This document shows positions 1 to 8,699 of a stretch of DNA of 64,000 bases, one piece after another; the first letter of the stretch is position 1, and each line of letters begins with the position of its first letter. Location of the stretch: contig SOJX01000096.1 in assembly GCA_004376375.1 (NCBI GenBank), positions 20,557 to 84,556 of the forward strand, read 5' to 3'. Origin of the DNA: Planctomycetota bacterium. Lineage in GTDB: Bacteria > Planctomycetota > E44-bin39. Both the position numbers and the translations under genes were made by a program. Below the pieces are notes generated by a model. That model did not search any database. It had not been told where the DNA came from and was given only the letters and a program-made list of their open reading frames with translations.

Positions 1-1
1 T

Positions 2-208
2 CACAACAAACGTCGGTTTATCCCCATCGTCAGAGCTAAATCCGCTGATAGTGAATCACTTCCAACCTACCTTGGCGGCGCTCTATACATTGACATGAAA
101 ACCCCTGACTGGAATGCTGAAGGATTTTCTTCCTTGTTAAGAGCTATTTACGACAGACCAGAAACACCGCGGCCACCTCTCGGGAAAATTCCATATGATG
201 ACAGCTAA
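2..208 (+). CDS. 3' end of a gene truncated by the window start; C-terminal fragment with weak TIR-domain-like character
   Basis: Open frame from nt 2 to TAA at 206-208 (...RRFIPIVRAKS...LPTYLGGALYIDMKT...). Local GC is lower than the rest of the window. Family assignment is tentative. Confidence 0.25.
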   Translation, partial: HNKRRFIPIVRAKSADSESLPTYLGGALYIDMKTPDWNAEGFSSLLRAIYDRPETPRPPLGKIPYDDS

Positions 209-478
209 CAAATCTCTTTAGTTGACTTGCAGTTATTTAAACCCATAGGGGAATGGGGTGGAAACAATAAATTATCACAATTCTATCACAAAACTACAAA
301 ACAGCGAAGCGTCTGTTGACATAACTAATTGTAATCATATAGCTAACAAATAATGCGGAAGGTTCGGACTGCGAATCCCCCCTTCGGCACAACACAACTA
401 TCCGGCTGGCCTGTACTTTCAGCGCCAGCCGCTTTTCTTTGCCGCCACCCCCACCGCTTGCCCTCTGCGCGGTCCAGG

Positions 479-515
479 TTAAAAAAACAGGGCGGCATTA
501 AGTAATGCCGCCCTG
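479..515 (-). terminator. Rho-independent terminator for the minus-strand gene ending at 545
   Basis: Hairpin cagggcggcatt-aagt-aatgccgccctg (488-515) is preceded on the plus strand by an A-run 479-487, which is a T-run on the minus strand. Confidence 0.55.
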
Positions 516-544
516 TGGTGATGATAACAAAATCAGGCTTACGG

Positions 545-2311
545 TTAGTGCTCGTATGCGCCGATCTCCACTGTGCCGGTAATGCGGTCGTCGCCGTCAA
601 GGTCGGTTTCAATGCCGGAAGGCACGAGAGAATTACTGCCCTTCTCCAGACATGGTGAGAATATCTGGAGATGAAAATCGTTGTTAGCACCGTTTGCGAA
701 CATCGGGTTGCCGTATATGCATTCCGTATCGACAATGCTTCCGGGGCCCGCGATGTCGCCCGCGTCGTTCGAGTAAACGGAGTAATTCAGAAGCGTCCTG
801 CCGGTGTCATTTACATAAATCTGGTTCCCCTCGCCCGTCGCGGTGTTCGCCCAGATAATCGTATTGTCTATATTCACCGAGAAAGAGTCGTCTCTCTGGT
901 CGTTGAAGTAGAAACCGCCTCCATCCGTCCCGGCCGAGTTGTACGCGATAACACAATTGACCACGCTTTCCAGCCTGCAGAAAAACTCGGCGCAGATACC
1001 TCCGCCGATTGTCCCGGCTGAGTTATTTGCGATTACAGTGTTGACTACAAGCGGCCTTGCCTGGTCGCGGAAGAAGATGCCGCCGCCCTCCTCGCCCGCG
1101 GTGTTACCTGTAATAAAACATCTTTCGATAACGTCGTTTGTTCCCATGCTTGTATGGTCGAACGCCAGTCCGCCTCCATCCGAACCGGCCGAGTTGTTCT
1201 TTATCCAGCAGTCTATCAGAGTACCACCGCCCGAGTGCCACTGCGCTATCGCACCGCCCCTGCCGTTTGCCGTGTTGCCTTCGAAAACGGAGCGATAGAT
1301 TTTCAACGTGGCGTCCGCGCCGATGGCGCCGCCGCTTCCGCCTGAAACGTTGTTTCTGAGAACGCAGTCAATCAGGGTGGCCCTGCTGGAGGTGCGCATG
1401 TAAATCGCTCCACCGCTGAAGCCTGCCTGGTTGTTCTCTATAATTGTATTCGAAATGAAGGATTCGGAGTCGCGGTTGCAGATTGCTCCGCCGCCGCCAT
1501 TCGTTTTGTTGTTCTTCAGGATGCAGTTAGATATCGTGGCGTCGGACGCATAGAGATAAATAGCGGCGCCCTCACCGCTGCCGCTGTAGGCGTTCTGAAT
1601 GGTGAATCCGTCGATTACCGAATCCAGGGTTTCGCCCGTAAGCTGGAAATTGAACGCGCGCCCGTCACCCTCGCAGTCGATAATGCATTTATCCGGGCCG
1701 TTTTCGGACTTCAGGCATATCTTCTTCCCGTCGAAGTGCAGGTCCTTGTTTCCCACACCCATGTAGGTTCCGTCTTTGACAAGTATCAGATCGTAATCAC
1801 CTGCGGCGTCGATGGCGGCCTGCAGGGTCGTAAAATCGCCGTTGCCGTTTACGTCGACTGTGCTGATGCCGTTGGCGACGTGAATGTACGTCACCTTTGT
1901 TGCCGTATCGGAACCGTCAGGACCGGCCACCGTCAGGCTGACGGAATACCATCCGACACTGCCGTAGGTGTGAAGCGGATGCTGAGAGGTTGAATCGACA
2001 ACACCGTCGTAATCAAAATCCCACGCCCATGACGTAACCAGACCGGCTGACTGGTCGGTGAATTGAACGTTCAGGCTTCCTGTTCCGTGCGTCGGGTTGC
2101 CGGTGAAGGCTGCAACAACCGCCTTGAAACCTCCGGGGCCGGTTCCGCCCGGGCCTGTTCCACCGCCGCCCCCCGGCGGAAGGATGATTTCTTTACTTTT
2201 TTTCTTCGTACCGCAGGCGCCCAGGGTCAATCCCAGACTCAACAGGACCGCCAGGCAAATGATGAACCTGACCGAACGGAGCTTTACGGGACTCGATAAC
2301 GACTTCGACAT
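545..2311 (-). CDS. Secreted lipoprotein with a PKD domain and right-handed parallel beta-helix (pectin-lyase-fold) repeats
   Basis: 588 aa ORF. N-terminal signal with lipobox LTLGACG. PKD-like segment (...WDFDYDGVVDSTSQ...YSVSLTVAG). Many NxxxGGAI/xNN repeat turns typical of beta-helix repeats. Confidence 0.7.
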   Translation of the reverse strand: MSKSLSSPVKLRSVRFIICLAVLLSLGLTLGACGTKKKSKEIILPPGGGGGTGPGGTGPGGFKAVVAAFTGNPTHGTGSLNVQFTDQSAGLVTSWAWDFDYDGVVDSTSQHPLHTYGSVGWYSVSLTVAGPDGSDTATKVTYIHVANGISTVDVNGNGDFTTLQAAIDAAGDYDLILVKDGTYMGVGNKDLHFDGKKICLKSENGPDKCIIDCEGDGRAFNFQLTGETLDSVIDGFTIQNAYSGSGEGAAIYLYASDATISNCILKNNKTNGGGGAICNRDSESFISNTIIENNQAGFSGGAIYMRTSSRATLIDCVLRNNVSGGSGGAIGADATLKIYRSVFEGNTANGRGGAIAQWHSGGGTLIDCWIKNNSAGSDGGGLAFDHTSMGTNDVIERCFITGNTAGEEGGGIFFRDQARPLVVNTVIANNSAGTIGGGICAEFFCRLESVVNCVIAYNSAGTDGGGFYFNDQRDDSFSVNIDNTIIWANTATGEGNQIYVNDTGRTLLNYSVYSNDAGDIAGPGSIVDTECIYGNPMFANGANNDFHLQIFSPCLEKGSNSLVPSGIETDLDGDDRITGTVEIGAYEH

Positions 2312-2423
2312 TGTGATTTCTCCTTTGAAAAAGTTGTCTGTCTACTGCCTGCTGAATTTTTGCATAACGTCATGATGCCTAAAGCTTATTTGTCGATTCC
2401 TTTCTAATTGCTGCCACATCAGA

Positions 2424-3152
2424 CTACTGAATCGTCACGTTACAGGTCGGCTCTGCGCTGCCAATGCCCGGGCCGGGGTGCGACCAACCGTGTGTCTGCT
2501 TTATCTGGTTCCAGCACTGCTGGCCACCGGTGCAGTTTGAAGGGTCACACCAGTTGAGCCTGCCTTCGGCGGGCCCGCTGCCCAGGATCATCATTCCCTG
2601 TGCGCAGGTATTTGCGCTCTGGTTCAGGCAGTTGTATTCTTCGGTGTGCCACGGGCCGACCCAGCCGTGTCCGAGCTCGTGCAGGAAACCATGTGTCTGT
2701 ATCTGGCCGGTTGACAGAGTTATCTTCCAGCTGCCGCCACCGGAAGTACAGTAGGCGGGGGGATTGCCCATTGCACCTTTCACGCGGTTTACGACCACGT
2801 TGCCGCTGGAGCTTCCGTCCGAGAGCGTCTGGTTGCGGAGATAGGACTGGCCTTCCGTTCCGATCCAGAGTCCTTTGTTAAACATCTTTATCCTGTCAAC
2901 CATGTATTCCAGATCAGCCTGGGATGATTGCTCTACAACCGTCCATGAAAGGTCCAGCTCGTTGGAATCGCCGGGGTTTCCGCCGCCATTTGCGCCGCCG
3001 CCACCGCCGCCGGTGGTTCCGCCGCCAGGGAGGCCGGATGTGGGAATACCGCTGCGGGAAGACTTGTGCTTCTTGGAGCAGCCTGAGACAAAAAGCAGTG
3101 CCGTTACAACCAGAAGGATAAGAATGCTTTTCTGAAGATGGCTGAATGTCAT
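2424..3152 (-). CDS. Lipoprotein zinc-metalloprotease-like protein (HExxH)
   Basis: ATG at 3152 with AGGAGA RBS. Signal plus lipobox LLFVSGCS. Gly-rich linker. HELGHGW motif. The ORF table gives a longer TTG/ATG-extended version, 2424..3254. Confidence 0.5.
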   Translation of the reverse strand: MTFSHLQKSILILLVVTALLFVSGCSKKHKSSRSGIPTSGLPGGGTTGGGGGGANGGGNPGDSNELDLSWTVVEQSSQADLEYMVDRIKMFNKGLWIGTEGQSYLRNQTLSDGSSSGNVVVNRVKGAMGNPPAYCTSGGGSWKITLSTGQIQTHGFLHELGHGWVGPWHTEEYNCLNQSANTCAQGMMILGSGPAEGRLNWCDPSNCTGGQQCWNQIKQTHGWSHPGPGIGSAEPTCNVTIQ

Positions 3153-3405
3153 GTAAGTTCTCCTTTCAGCTGCGGTGTCGGTTTTCTGTTTTTCATTCGA
3201 TTTTTGTGATTGAGTTGCTCTCATAAGCACAATTTTACCAGAAAAATTTTTCATATCAATTCGAGGCTAGAAACATCCTATTATTGAACAAACCTGGTAT
3301 TTATGTTCGTTTTTCGGCGCATTGCTGTATCAAATGATCGCGGGTTTAACAAATCGGGCAAGGTTATAACAGACTGTTTTGAAAATAGTTATAAATAGAA
3401 TGAGT

Positions 3406-3434
3406 TTGACGTATGACTCCTTGCAAGGTACAAT
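3406..3434 (+). promoter_or_regulatory. Candidate sigma70 promoter for the 3515 gene (TTGACG-17-TACAAT)
   Basis: TTGACG at 3406-3411, 17-nt spacer, TACAAT at 3429-3434, in an AT-rich divergent intergenic region. Confidence 0.35.
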
Positions 3435-3514
3435 ACTGCTAATCGAACAAAACCCGTGAAATGCGAACAATAAAGTAATTTCTGTTCGATTTCCGACACC
3501 AGGCGAGGTCCTGA

Positions 3515-5203
3515 ATGACAAGGGCGAATGTTGAAGAAATCGTAGTTTCCTCCGAAGCTGTCGAGCAACTGCTCGCAGGCAGCCTGCGCATTGCCACTTT
3601 TTCATTCGGCAGGACAAGAATCGTCAAGGCGATGGGCATAAGCATGTCGCGTCTGCATCGCCTGCTCTCTTTGAAAAAACCCGCGAGGCCGACTTTTGAT
3701 CTTGTTTACAGGATGCACAGGAGGCTCGGTCTGGACTGGCCTTATATTTTCACGGCGCGACACCACGAAGGCCTTGCCCTGGACATTCTCGGTAAAAGCC
3801 TTGAAAAAGAATTACCTGAAATCGACGAACAGGAAATCGACCGGGAGGAAGAAAAAACAAGAGAACGATTGAGAGAGATTATCAATCGGATTGGTCTCAC
3901 AAAATGCGCGAAAGGATGCGGGATCGCGCGGGCAACGCTTCACTCATACCTCGAAACGACAGGCCTTTCCGTTTCGCTGCTCTGGCGCATCCACCTTTTC
4001 ACCGGTGAGCCCTATTCCGTTATCTCCTCGGGCAGGCTGGACGAGGAGGAAAAAGCCTTATCCGAATCAATGGAAAATCCTGAAGACGTTACCGGGCGGT
4101 TTTCGGATTTATATGAACCGGTTGTCTGCCTTGCGGAAAGGTGCGCGTATGAAGGCCTGTATGAAACCATTGACATGCATGCGCCTTTTCTTCGAAGCAT
4201 GCTCGAAAAAAAGCTGCGCATATCCCAACACACGAGACTCGTCAGAATTCTGGCCCTGTACGAAAAGGGAAGAAAGAATATCAACGACGCCGATGCCCTG
4301 CTCAAGAAGTGCTGGCAGAAACTGAAGAAAAGCGAAGGAAGCACCAACCTCGCGCTCCTCACCCTTTACATGGGGGTCGCGGCCGGCCTTCAGGTTCCGG
4401 GGCTTTCGAAAGAGATAGCGGACCATATAAAAAGCCTTACCGACGACAACCTGATTCTTGCCAACATTTACAGGGTGCAGGCGAACGAGGCGTGCATCAT
4501 GATGAAGATGTTCGAGGCCGAGCACCTTGCGAGAACGGCAATTCTCCATGCCTCCAACGTAACCGGGCCTTTCAGGAACAACGCGATTGCGTATGCCAAA
4601 TACATCCTCACCATGGCTTCATGGCCGCTGGGGGATTACGAAGAAACGCTTTCAAGAGTAGAGCGCCTGCTTGCCTGGCCGCCGACGCCCCACGGCGTAA
4701 GGATTACTCTCGTCGAAATCGAGTTCAATATCCGCGTCTGGCTGAGAGATGCCGCGGGCACGGGCCGGGCCCTCAAACAACTAAAGAAATACTCCTCGCA
4801 CGTCTCCAATACGAAGGCGTTCCGCCGATCGCACGATATTTACCATCTCAGGTTTCTTCTGCTCAAGGAAGATATTCAGGGAAGCCTGTTCCCGGCCGAG
4901 GAAAGGAAAAAGAACAGCCTGGCCGGCAGGATGCTCACCCTCGGCGACGAGGTGGCAGACACCGACGTCCAGAGTATTCTTGCGGTCTGCCGCTACTATT
5001 CACGGGGCGACCGGGAAGGTCTGAAAACGATTCTGGACGGGCTGCTTGGCGGAACCCTTCCACGGCACAGCGCGCCGATTCTGAGCCTGCCGGACCTGTT
5101 CGAAGCGGCAAGAAAGGCCGGCCTCTGGTCCCGAGACCTCGAGGACTGGAAGGACAGCGCCGTCGAAAACGGTATGCTTTATCTCGAGCTGCCGCGGCCT
5201 TAA
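3515..5203 (+). CDS. Hypothetical 562 aa protein, possibly a regulator with N-terminal HTH-like segments and C-terminal helical repeats
   Basis: Long ORF with good coding GC. Two HTH-like stretches near the N-terminus. No recognisable catalytic motif. Confidence 0.4.
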   Translation: MTRANVEEIVVSSEAVEQLLAGSLRIATFSFGRTRIVKAMGISMSRLHRLLSLKKPARPTFDLVYRMHRRLGLDWPYIFTARHHEGLALDILGKSLEKELPEIDEQEIDREEEKTRERLREIINRIGLTKCAKGCGIARATLHSYLETTGLSVSLLWRIHLFTGEPYSVISSGRLDEEEKALSESMENPEDVTGRFSDLYEPVVCLAERCAYEGLYETIDMHAPFLRSMLEKKLRISQHTRLVRILALYEKGRKNINDADALLKKCWQKLKKSEGSTNLALLTLYMGVAAGLQVPGLSKEIADHIKSLTDDNLILANIYRVQANEACIMMKMFEAEHLARTAILHASNVTGPFRNNAIAYAKYILTMASWPLGDYEETLSRVERLLAWPPTPHGVRITLVEIEFNIRVWLRDAAGTGRALKQLKKYSSHVSNTKAFRRSHDIYHLRFLLLKEDIQGSLFPAEERKKNSLAGRMLTLGDEVADTDVQSILAVCRYYSRGDREGLKTILDGLLGGTLPRHSAPILSLPDLFEAARKAGLWSRDLEDWKDSAVENGMLYLELPRP

Positions 5204-5238
5204 TCCGGCATACCTGCTACACCCCGTTGAATAAAAAA

Positions 5239-5278
5239 AGCCCCGGAATTTCTTTCCGGGGCTTCTGCATTTCATTTT
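5239..5278 (+). terminator. Rho-independent terminator after the 3515..5203 gene
   Basis: agccccgga-atttcttt-ccggggct hairpin followed by a T-rich tail. Confidence 0.45.
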
Positions 5279-5420
5279 CCGTTCGAGCGGCATTCAAAAA
5301 GTAACGTACAGGAACTCTTCCGCCCAGACATCGGAGAGCAGGATAATCAAAGCCGTTATCACAAAAATCAGGAACGAGAGGCCGAAGTCGAGTATAAGCT
5401 CTTTTATCCCGCTTTTCATT

Positions 5421-6569
5421 CTACCGTTTCCTTTTCATGAGAGGCGCTACCTTCCGCGCAAGTTCTTCGGCAACCCGCTCGTTGCCTTTCGGCATCAGAT
5501 GGTCCATATCGATGGTCTCTTCCGAGAGCACGAATTCCAGAAAATCGGTCACATCTTCAACCCCCTCCTCACGCAGTACTGACTTTATTATTTCATGTGC
5601 GTCCCGGATTTTTTCACCTTCATGCCGGGGGTCGCGTTTGATTAACTCCGCGGCATACCTGATAAAGTCGGCGTTGGCGTAGGAGACGTACCAGAACACG
5701 GGAGGTTTCTTCTCCTTCACGAAGCGAACCATTTTCCTGAGGTATTCAATCTGCTCTCTCTCTTCGCTGACATGCATATATTTATCGCTTAGGTACTTCA
5801 TCAAATAGAAAATGTCTCCGATATTGTGGCCGCCCGCATTCTTCCTGTGAATCCAGTTCCGGTGCTTTTTCGTCTCTTTTCCGCCCAGGCGGCCCAGGAA
5901 ATCCCTGCCCGCATCACTGTCAAGCCAGAAACGATACATGTTGCCGGATGCATACAGCCGCCAGCATCTCTTGAGCAGATGTGACGACCGCAGAGGCGCG
6001 CGCCTGAAAAACGACTGCGGCGCGAGCTCATCGAGTCCGGCCTCCCTATGCAGCCGGGTCACTTCAATCGCCACGGCGGGATAAAGCGAAGGCAACCTGG
6101 AAAATAATTCGGTGGCGTTTGAAAACATGCGGTGGCTCAACTGAAGAACAAATAAATCAGCGGAATAATCCGCAAACGCGGTCAGAAGCAGGAGCTTGTC
6201 GGCAGGCCCGCCTGCAACCTCGGAAAGGTTCACGACCTCGACGTTTTCAAGGCCGGGATATTTTCTAAGGGCAGTCTCGAGCTGAGGCGGCAGAATGTAA
6301 CGCGTCCGCATGTTGATTCCCTGGCCGGTGGAATCGCCGAGAAAAAAAACACGGGGATAATCCACGTTCTTGGGAAGGTGGGCAAGGCACCACTCTGTAT
6401 ATGCGGAACTGAAAACGGGGTTTCTGCGAAGCTCTTTCGGAAAGAAGACTCCGGGTGCGGCCCAGAGCAGCACGTCGGCAAGAATAAACCAGAAGAGAAT
6501 AAATAGGGCCAGGCGTATCACTCGGGGGTAGCTGAGTTTGCTTATATATTTTCTTACCGTCAAAATCAT
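5421..6569 (-). CDS. Membrane-anchored putative SGNH/GDSL-type hydrolase
   Basis: ATG at 6569 preceded by GGGAG. N-terminal transmembrane helix. FFLGDSTGQG block (GDS motif) shortly after the anchor. The ORF table extends to 6632 through the upstream repeat. Confidence 0.4.
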   Translation of the reverse strand: MILTVRKYISKLSYPRVIRLALFILFWFILADVLLWAAPGVFFPKELRRNPVFSSAYTEWCLAHLPKNVDYPRVFFLGDSTGQGINMRTRYILPPQLETALRKYPGLENVEVVNLSEVAGGPADKLLLLTAFADYSADLFVLQLSHRMFSNATELFSRLPSLYPAVAIEVTRLHREAGLDELAPQSFFRRAPLRSSHLLKRCWRLYASGNMYRFWLDSDAGRDFLGRLGGKETKKHRNWIHRKNAGGHNIGDIFYLMKYLSDKYMHVSEEREQIEYLRKMVRFVKEKKPPVFWYVSYANADFIRYAAELIKRDPRHEGEKIRDAHEIIKSVLREEGVEDVTDFLEFVLSEETIDMDHLMPKGNERVAEELARKVAPLMKRKR

Positions 6570-6578
6570 CTCCCTGGG

Positions 6579-6648
6579 ATTAGTGGTTAGTCGTTTGTCA
6601 ATTTCTAACCAATAAGCACTAACGACTAACAACTAACCACTAACAACT
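6579..6648. repeat. Intergenic palindrome, 16-bp perfect inverted repeat (TTAGTGGTTAGTCGTT / AACGACTAACCACTAA) plus AACTAAC heptad repeats
   Basis: Direct reading of the sequence. Member of the heptad-repeat hairpin family described in the findings. Confidence 0.7.
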
Positions 6649-6771
6649 AACAACAATATAATGTCGGGATAAGACGCGTTTTACAAGTAAATTTCCTTGA
6701 CTTGTATTTACGACGTGGAATAGGATGCGCCAATCATCCATAAGAGTATAATTCAATCCGGGGGAAACGTT

Positions 6772-7188
6772 ATGAAAAATCCCGCATCACTCTCCATAGC
6801 TGCTGGTATTCTGTTTCTTTCCTGTTCTCTCGCGGCTTTTACCGGTTGCCCGAACATATCCGGCTCAGGCGGAGTGGAAGGCCCGACGCACATGCTCAAA
6901 GAAGACGCGTGCATATACCTGTACAAAGGCGACCAGTGGCCCCATAACCGGCAGTTAACAAATTATGTTGCCAGACAGTGCCGTGGCAATCCGCTCGCAT
7001 TCGAAGGTGAAGCAAATGTCGCAGTGTTGAAAAAGGGAGCCGAAGTGCAGGACCGCGGACCAATGCCTCTACAGATTCCCGGCCCTGAAGGTGCAAAAAC
7101 GGTGTCTGTCCGATACGTGTGCATTGAATCCGGCGAATTGAAAGGCGCGCTGGGCTGGATTTCAGACGAATACCTTGAAAAAAAATAA
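6772..7188 (+). CDS. Small lipoprotein, hypothetical
   Basis: Signal peptide with lipobox LFLSCSLAAFTGC. 138 aa. Confidence 0.5.
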   Translation: MKNPASLSIAAGILFLSCSLAAFTGCPNISGSGGVEGPTHMLKEDACIYLYKGDQWPHNRQLTNYVARQCRGNPLAFEGEANVAVLKKGAEVQDRGPMPLQIPGPEGAKTVSVRYVCIESGELKGALGWISDEYLEKK

Positions 7189-7211
7189 CCCATCGTAGGC
7201 GCGGTACTCCT

Positions 7212-7295
7212 GCCGCGCAATCCATTATGCCCGACAGGAGTGTCGGGCCTACCGGATGCCGCGCAATCCATTATGCCCGACAGGAGTGTCGGGCC
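7212..7295. repeat. REP-like element doublet: two direct copies of a 38-bp unit, each containing the hairpin GCCCGACA-GGAG-TGTCGGGC
   Basis: gccgcgcaatccattatgcccgacaggagtgtcgggcc at 7212-7249 and 7258-7295. A third copy of the hairpin is at 13175-13199. Confidence 0.7.
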
Positions 7296-8697
7296 GGCCA
7301 AAGAACTTCTTCCAGTAGTGTCCCTTCAGGACCCTGAGCGCAATCCACGGCGCCATCAGCCCCAGGTTCAGAATCTGCCTCGGCTTTATGAAGCCATTCG
7401 AAAGCGACTTCCGCATTATCCGCAACACCTGGGGCGCGTCGTAAAAACGCAACGTGATTTTCTTCAAAAGCTCAGTTAACTCTTCCTTTCCAAACTCGGA
7501 GGAATAAACGCCGCCGTCGGGACCCACGAAAACGTCGGAGTCCGCGTCTATCAACTCGCCCAGCCGGCTGTGCTTCTCGTACCGCAGGCGGTTGAGCGAA
7601 ATAATATCAAGCCCCACCCGCCTGGCGAAAGGCACGATTGAAAGCATCGCCCGGTCCGTCTCCCCGATGTTTCCGATAATAAAATAACCGTTTATCAGCA
7701 CCCGCGAGCGCGCCAGGCTCCGCATCGCCTCGGCGACGTCGGAGGTCGTAAAACCTTTGCCGAGCATTTTCAGCGTCCGGTCGACCGCGGACTCGATGCC
7801 TATATTCAGAATCACGAAACCCGCGCTCTCGAGTTTCCTGACCAGCCGCTCGTTCCGGCCGATCTCGATCCTTGCATTAGCGAGAAACTTTGTCTTCAGC
7901 TTTTCTGCCGTCAACCGGTCGCAGATTTCCTCCGCGCGCGCCTCATCGGCGAAAAAGTTATCGTCGATAAACGCGACTATATCCGCACGCGTACCCGCGA
8001 TTTCGCGGACAACCGCGGCCGGGTCGCGCGGCGTCCAGGTGCGCCTCTGGCCGAGCGGGTTCATCTTAAAGGAGCAGAACTTGCAGTTATACGGACAGCC
8101 GCGGCTGCCGAGAACGGCGTCGAAGGTCGTTCCGATGTCCCAGCCCTTGAACGTAATCCTGTACGGCTTCGCGCGGAGCTCGCGGGCGGGCTCGAGATTA
8201 TCGTCGATCTCACAAAGCGGGCGCGACGGATTGTGAACGATACTTTCACCGTTTCTGAAACTGATGCCTTCTATTTTCTTGAGAACTCCCGGGTCGCGCA
8301 AATCGCTTTCCAGCGAAAGCAGTTCGTGAACCGTTTCTTCGCCCTCCCCCCGCACGACAGCGGCCACCCGCGGACAGCGGTTGAGGATTTCTTCTGCGGA
8401 AACGGTCGCCTCGCGGCCGCCGACGATCACAACGGCGTGTTCGGGCAACGCATTGATTGTTTCCATAACGGAATCGAAATCGTAGCGCCAGTTCACGGAC
8501 ACGCAGACAAGGTCAACGGATTCGGGGATCGATTCCGGCGAATCCGGATTCTGCCGTGCGTCGAAAAGCTCGACCTTCGGAACTTTTTCTTTGAGGACGC
8601 GGGCGATATATTCAAGCCCGATGGGTGGGAAGAACTCGTATATCGGGACTTCGCGCCGGTAGGGGTAGAGGCATAACGCGTGCTTGAACTGCGGCAC
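7249..8697 (-). CDS. B12-binding domain radical SAM enzyme
   Basis: 482 aa. The N-terminal half resembles a cobalamin-binding domain. CPYNCKFCSF matches the CxxxCxxC radical SAM cluster motif. The last ~17 codons are supplied by the REP doublet. Confidence 0.7.
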   Translation of the reverse strand: MPQFKHALCLYPYRREVPIYEFFPPIGLEYIARVLKEKVPKVELFDARQNPDSPESIPESVDLVCVSVNWRYDFDSVMETINALPEHAVVIVGGREATVSAEEILNRCPRVAAVVRGEGEETVHELLSLESDLRDPGVLKKIEGISFRNGESIVHNPSRPLCEIDDNLEPARELRAKPYRITFKGWDIGTTFDAVLGSRGCPYNCKFCSFKMNPLGQRRTWTPRDPAAVVREIAGTRADIVAFIDDNFFADEARAEEICDRLTAEKLKTKFLANARIEIGRNERLVRKLESAGFVILNIGIESAVDRTLKMLGKGFTTSDVAEAMRSLARSRVLINGYFIIGNIGETDRAMLSIVPFARRVGLDIISLNRLRYEKHSRLGELIDADSDVFVGPDGGVYSSEFGKEELTELLKKITLRFYDAPQVLRIMRKSLSNGFIKPRQILNLGLMAPWIALRVLKGHYWKKFFGRPDTPVGHNGLRGIR

Positions 8698-8699
8698 TG

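Noticed and set aside
6963-7301. ORFs 6963..7301 (-) and 13058..13243 (-), which contain the peptide PDTPVG(H/Q)...
   Set aside because: They read through REP-like palindrome copies. The shared peptide reflects the repeated DNA element and not a gene family.
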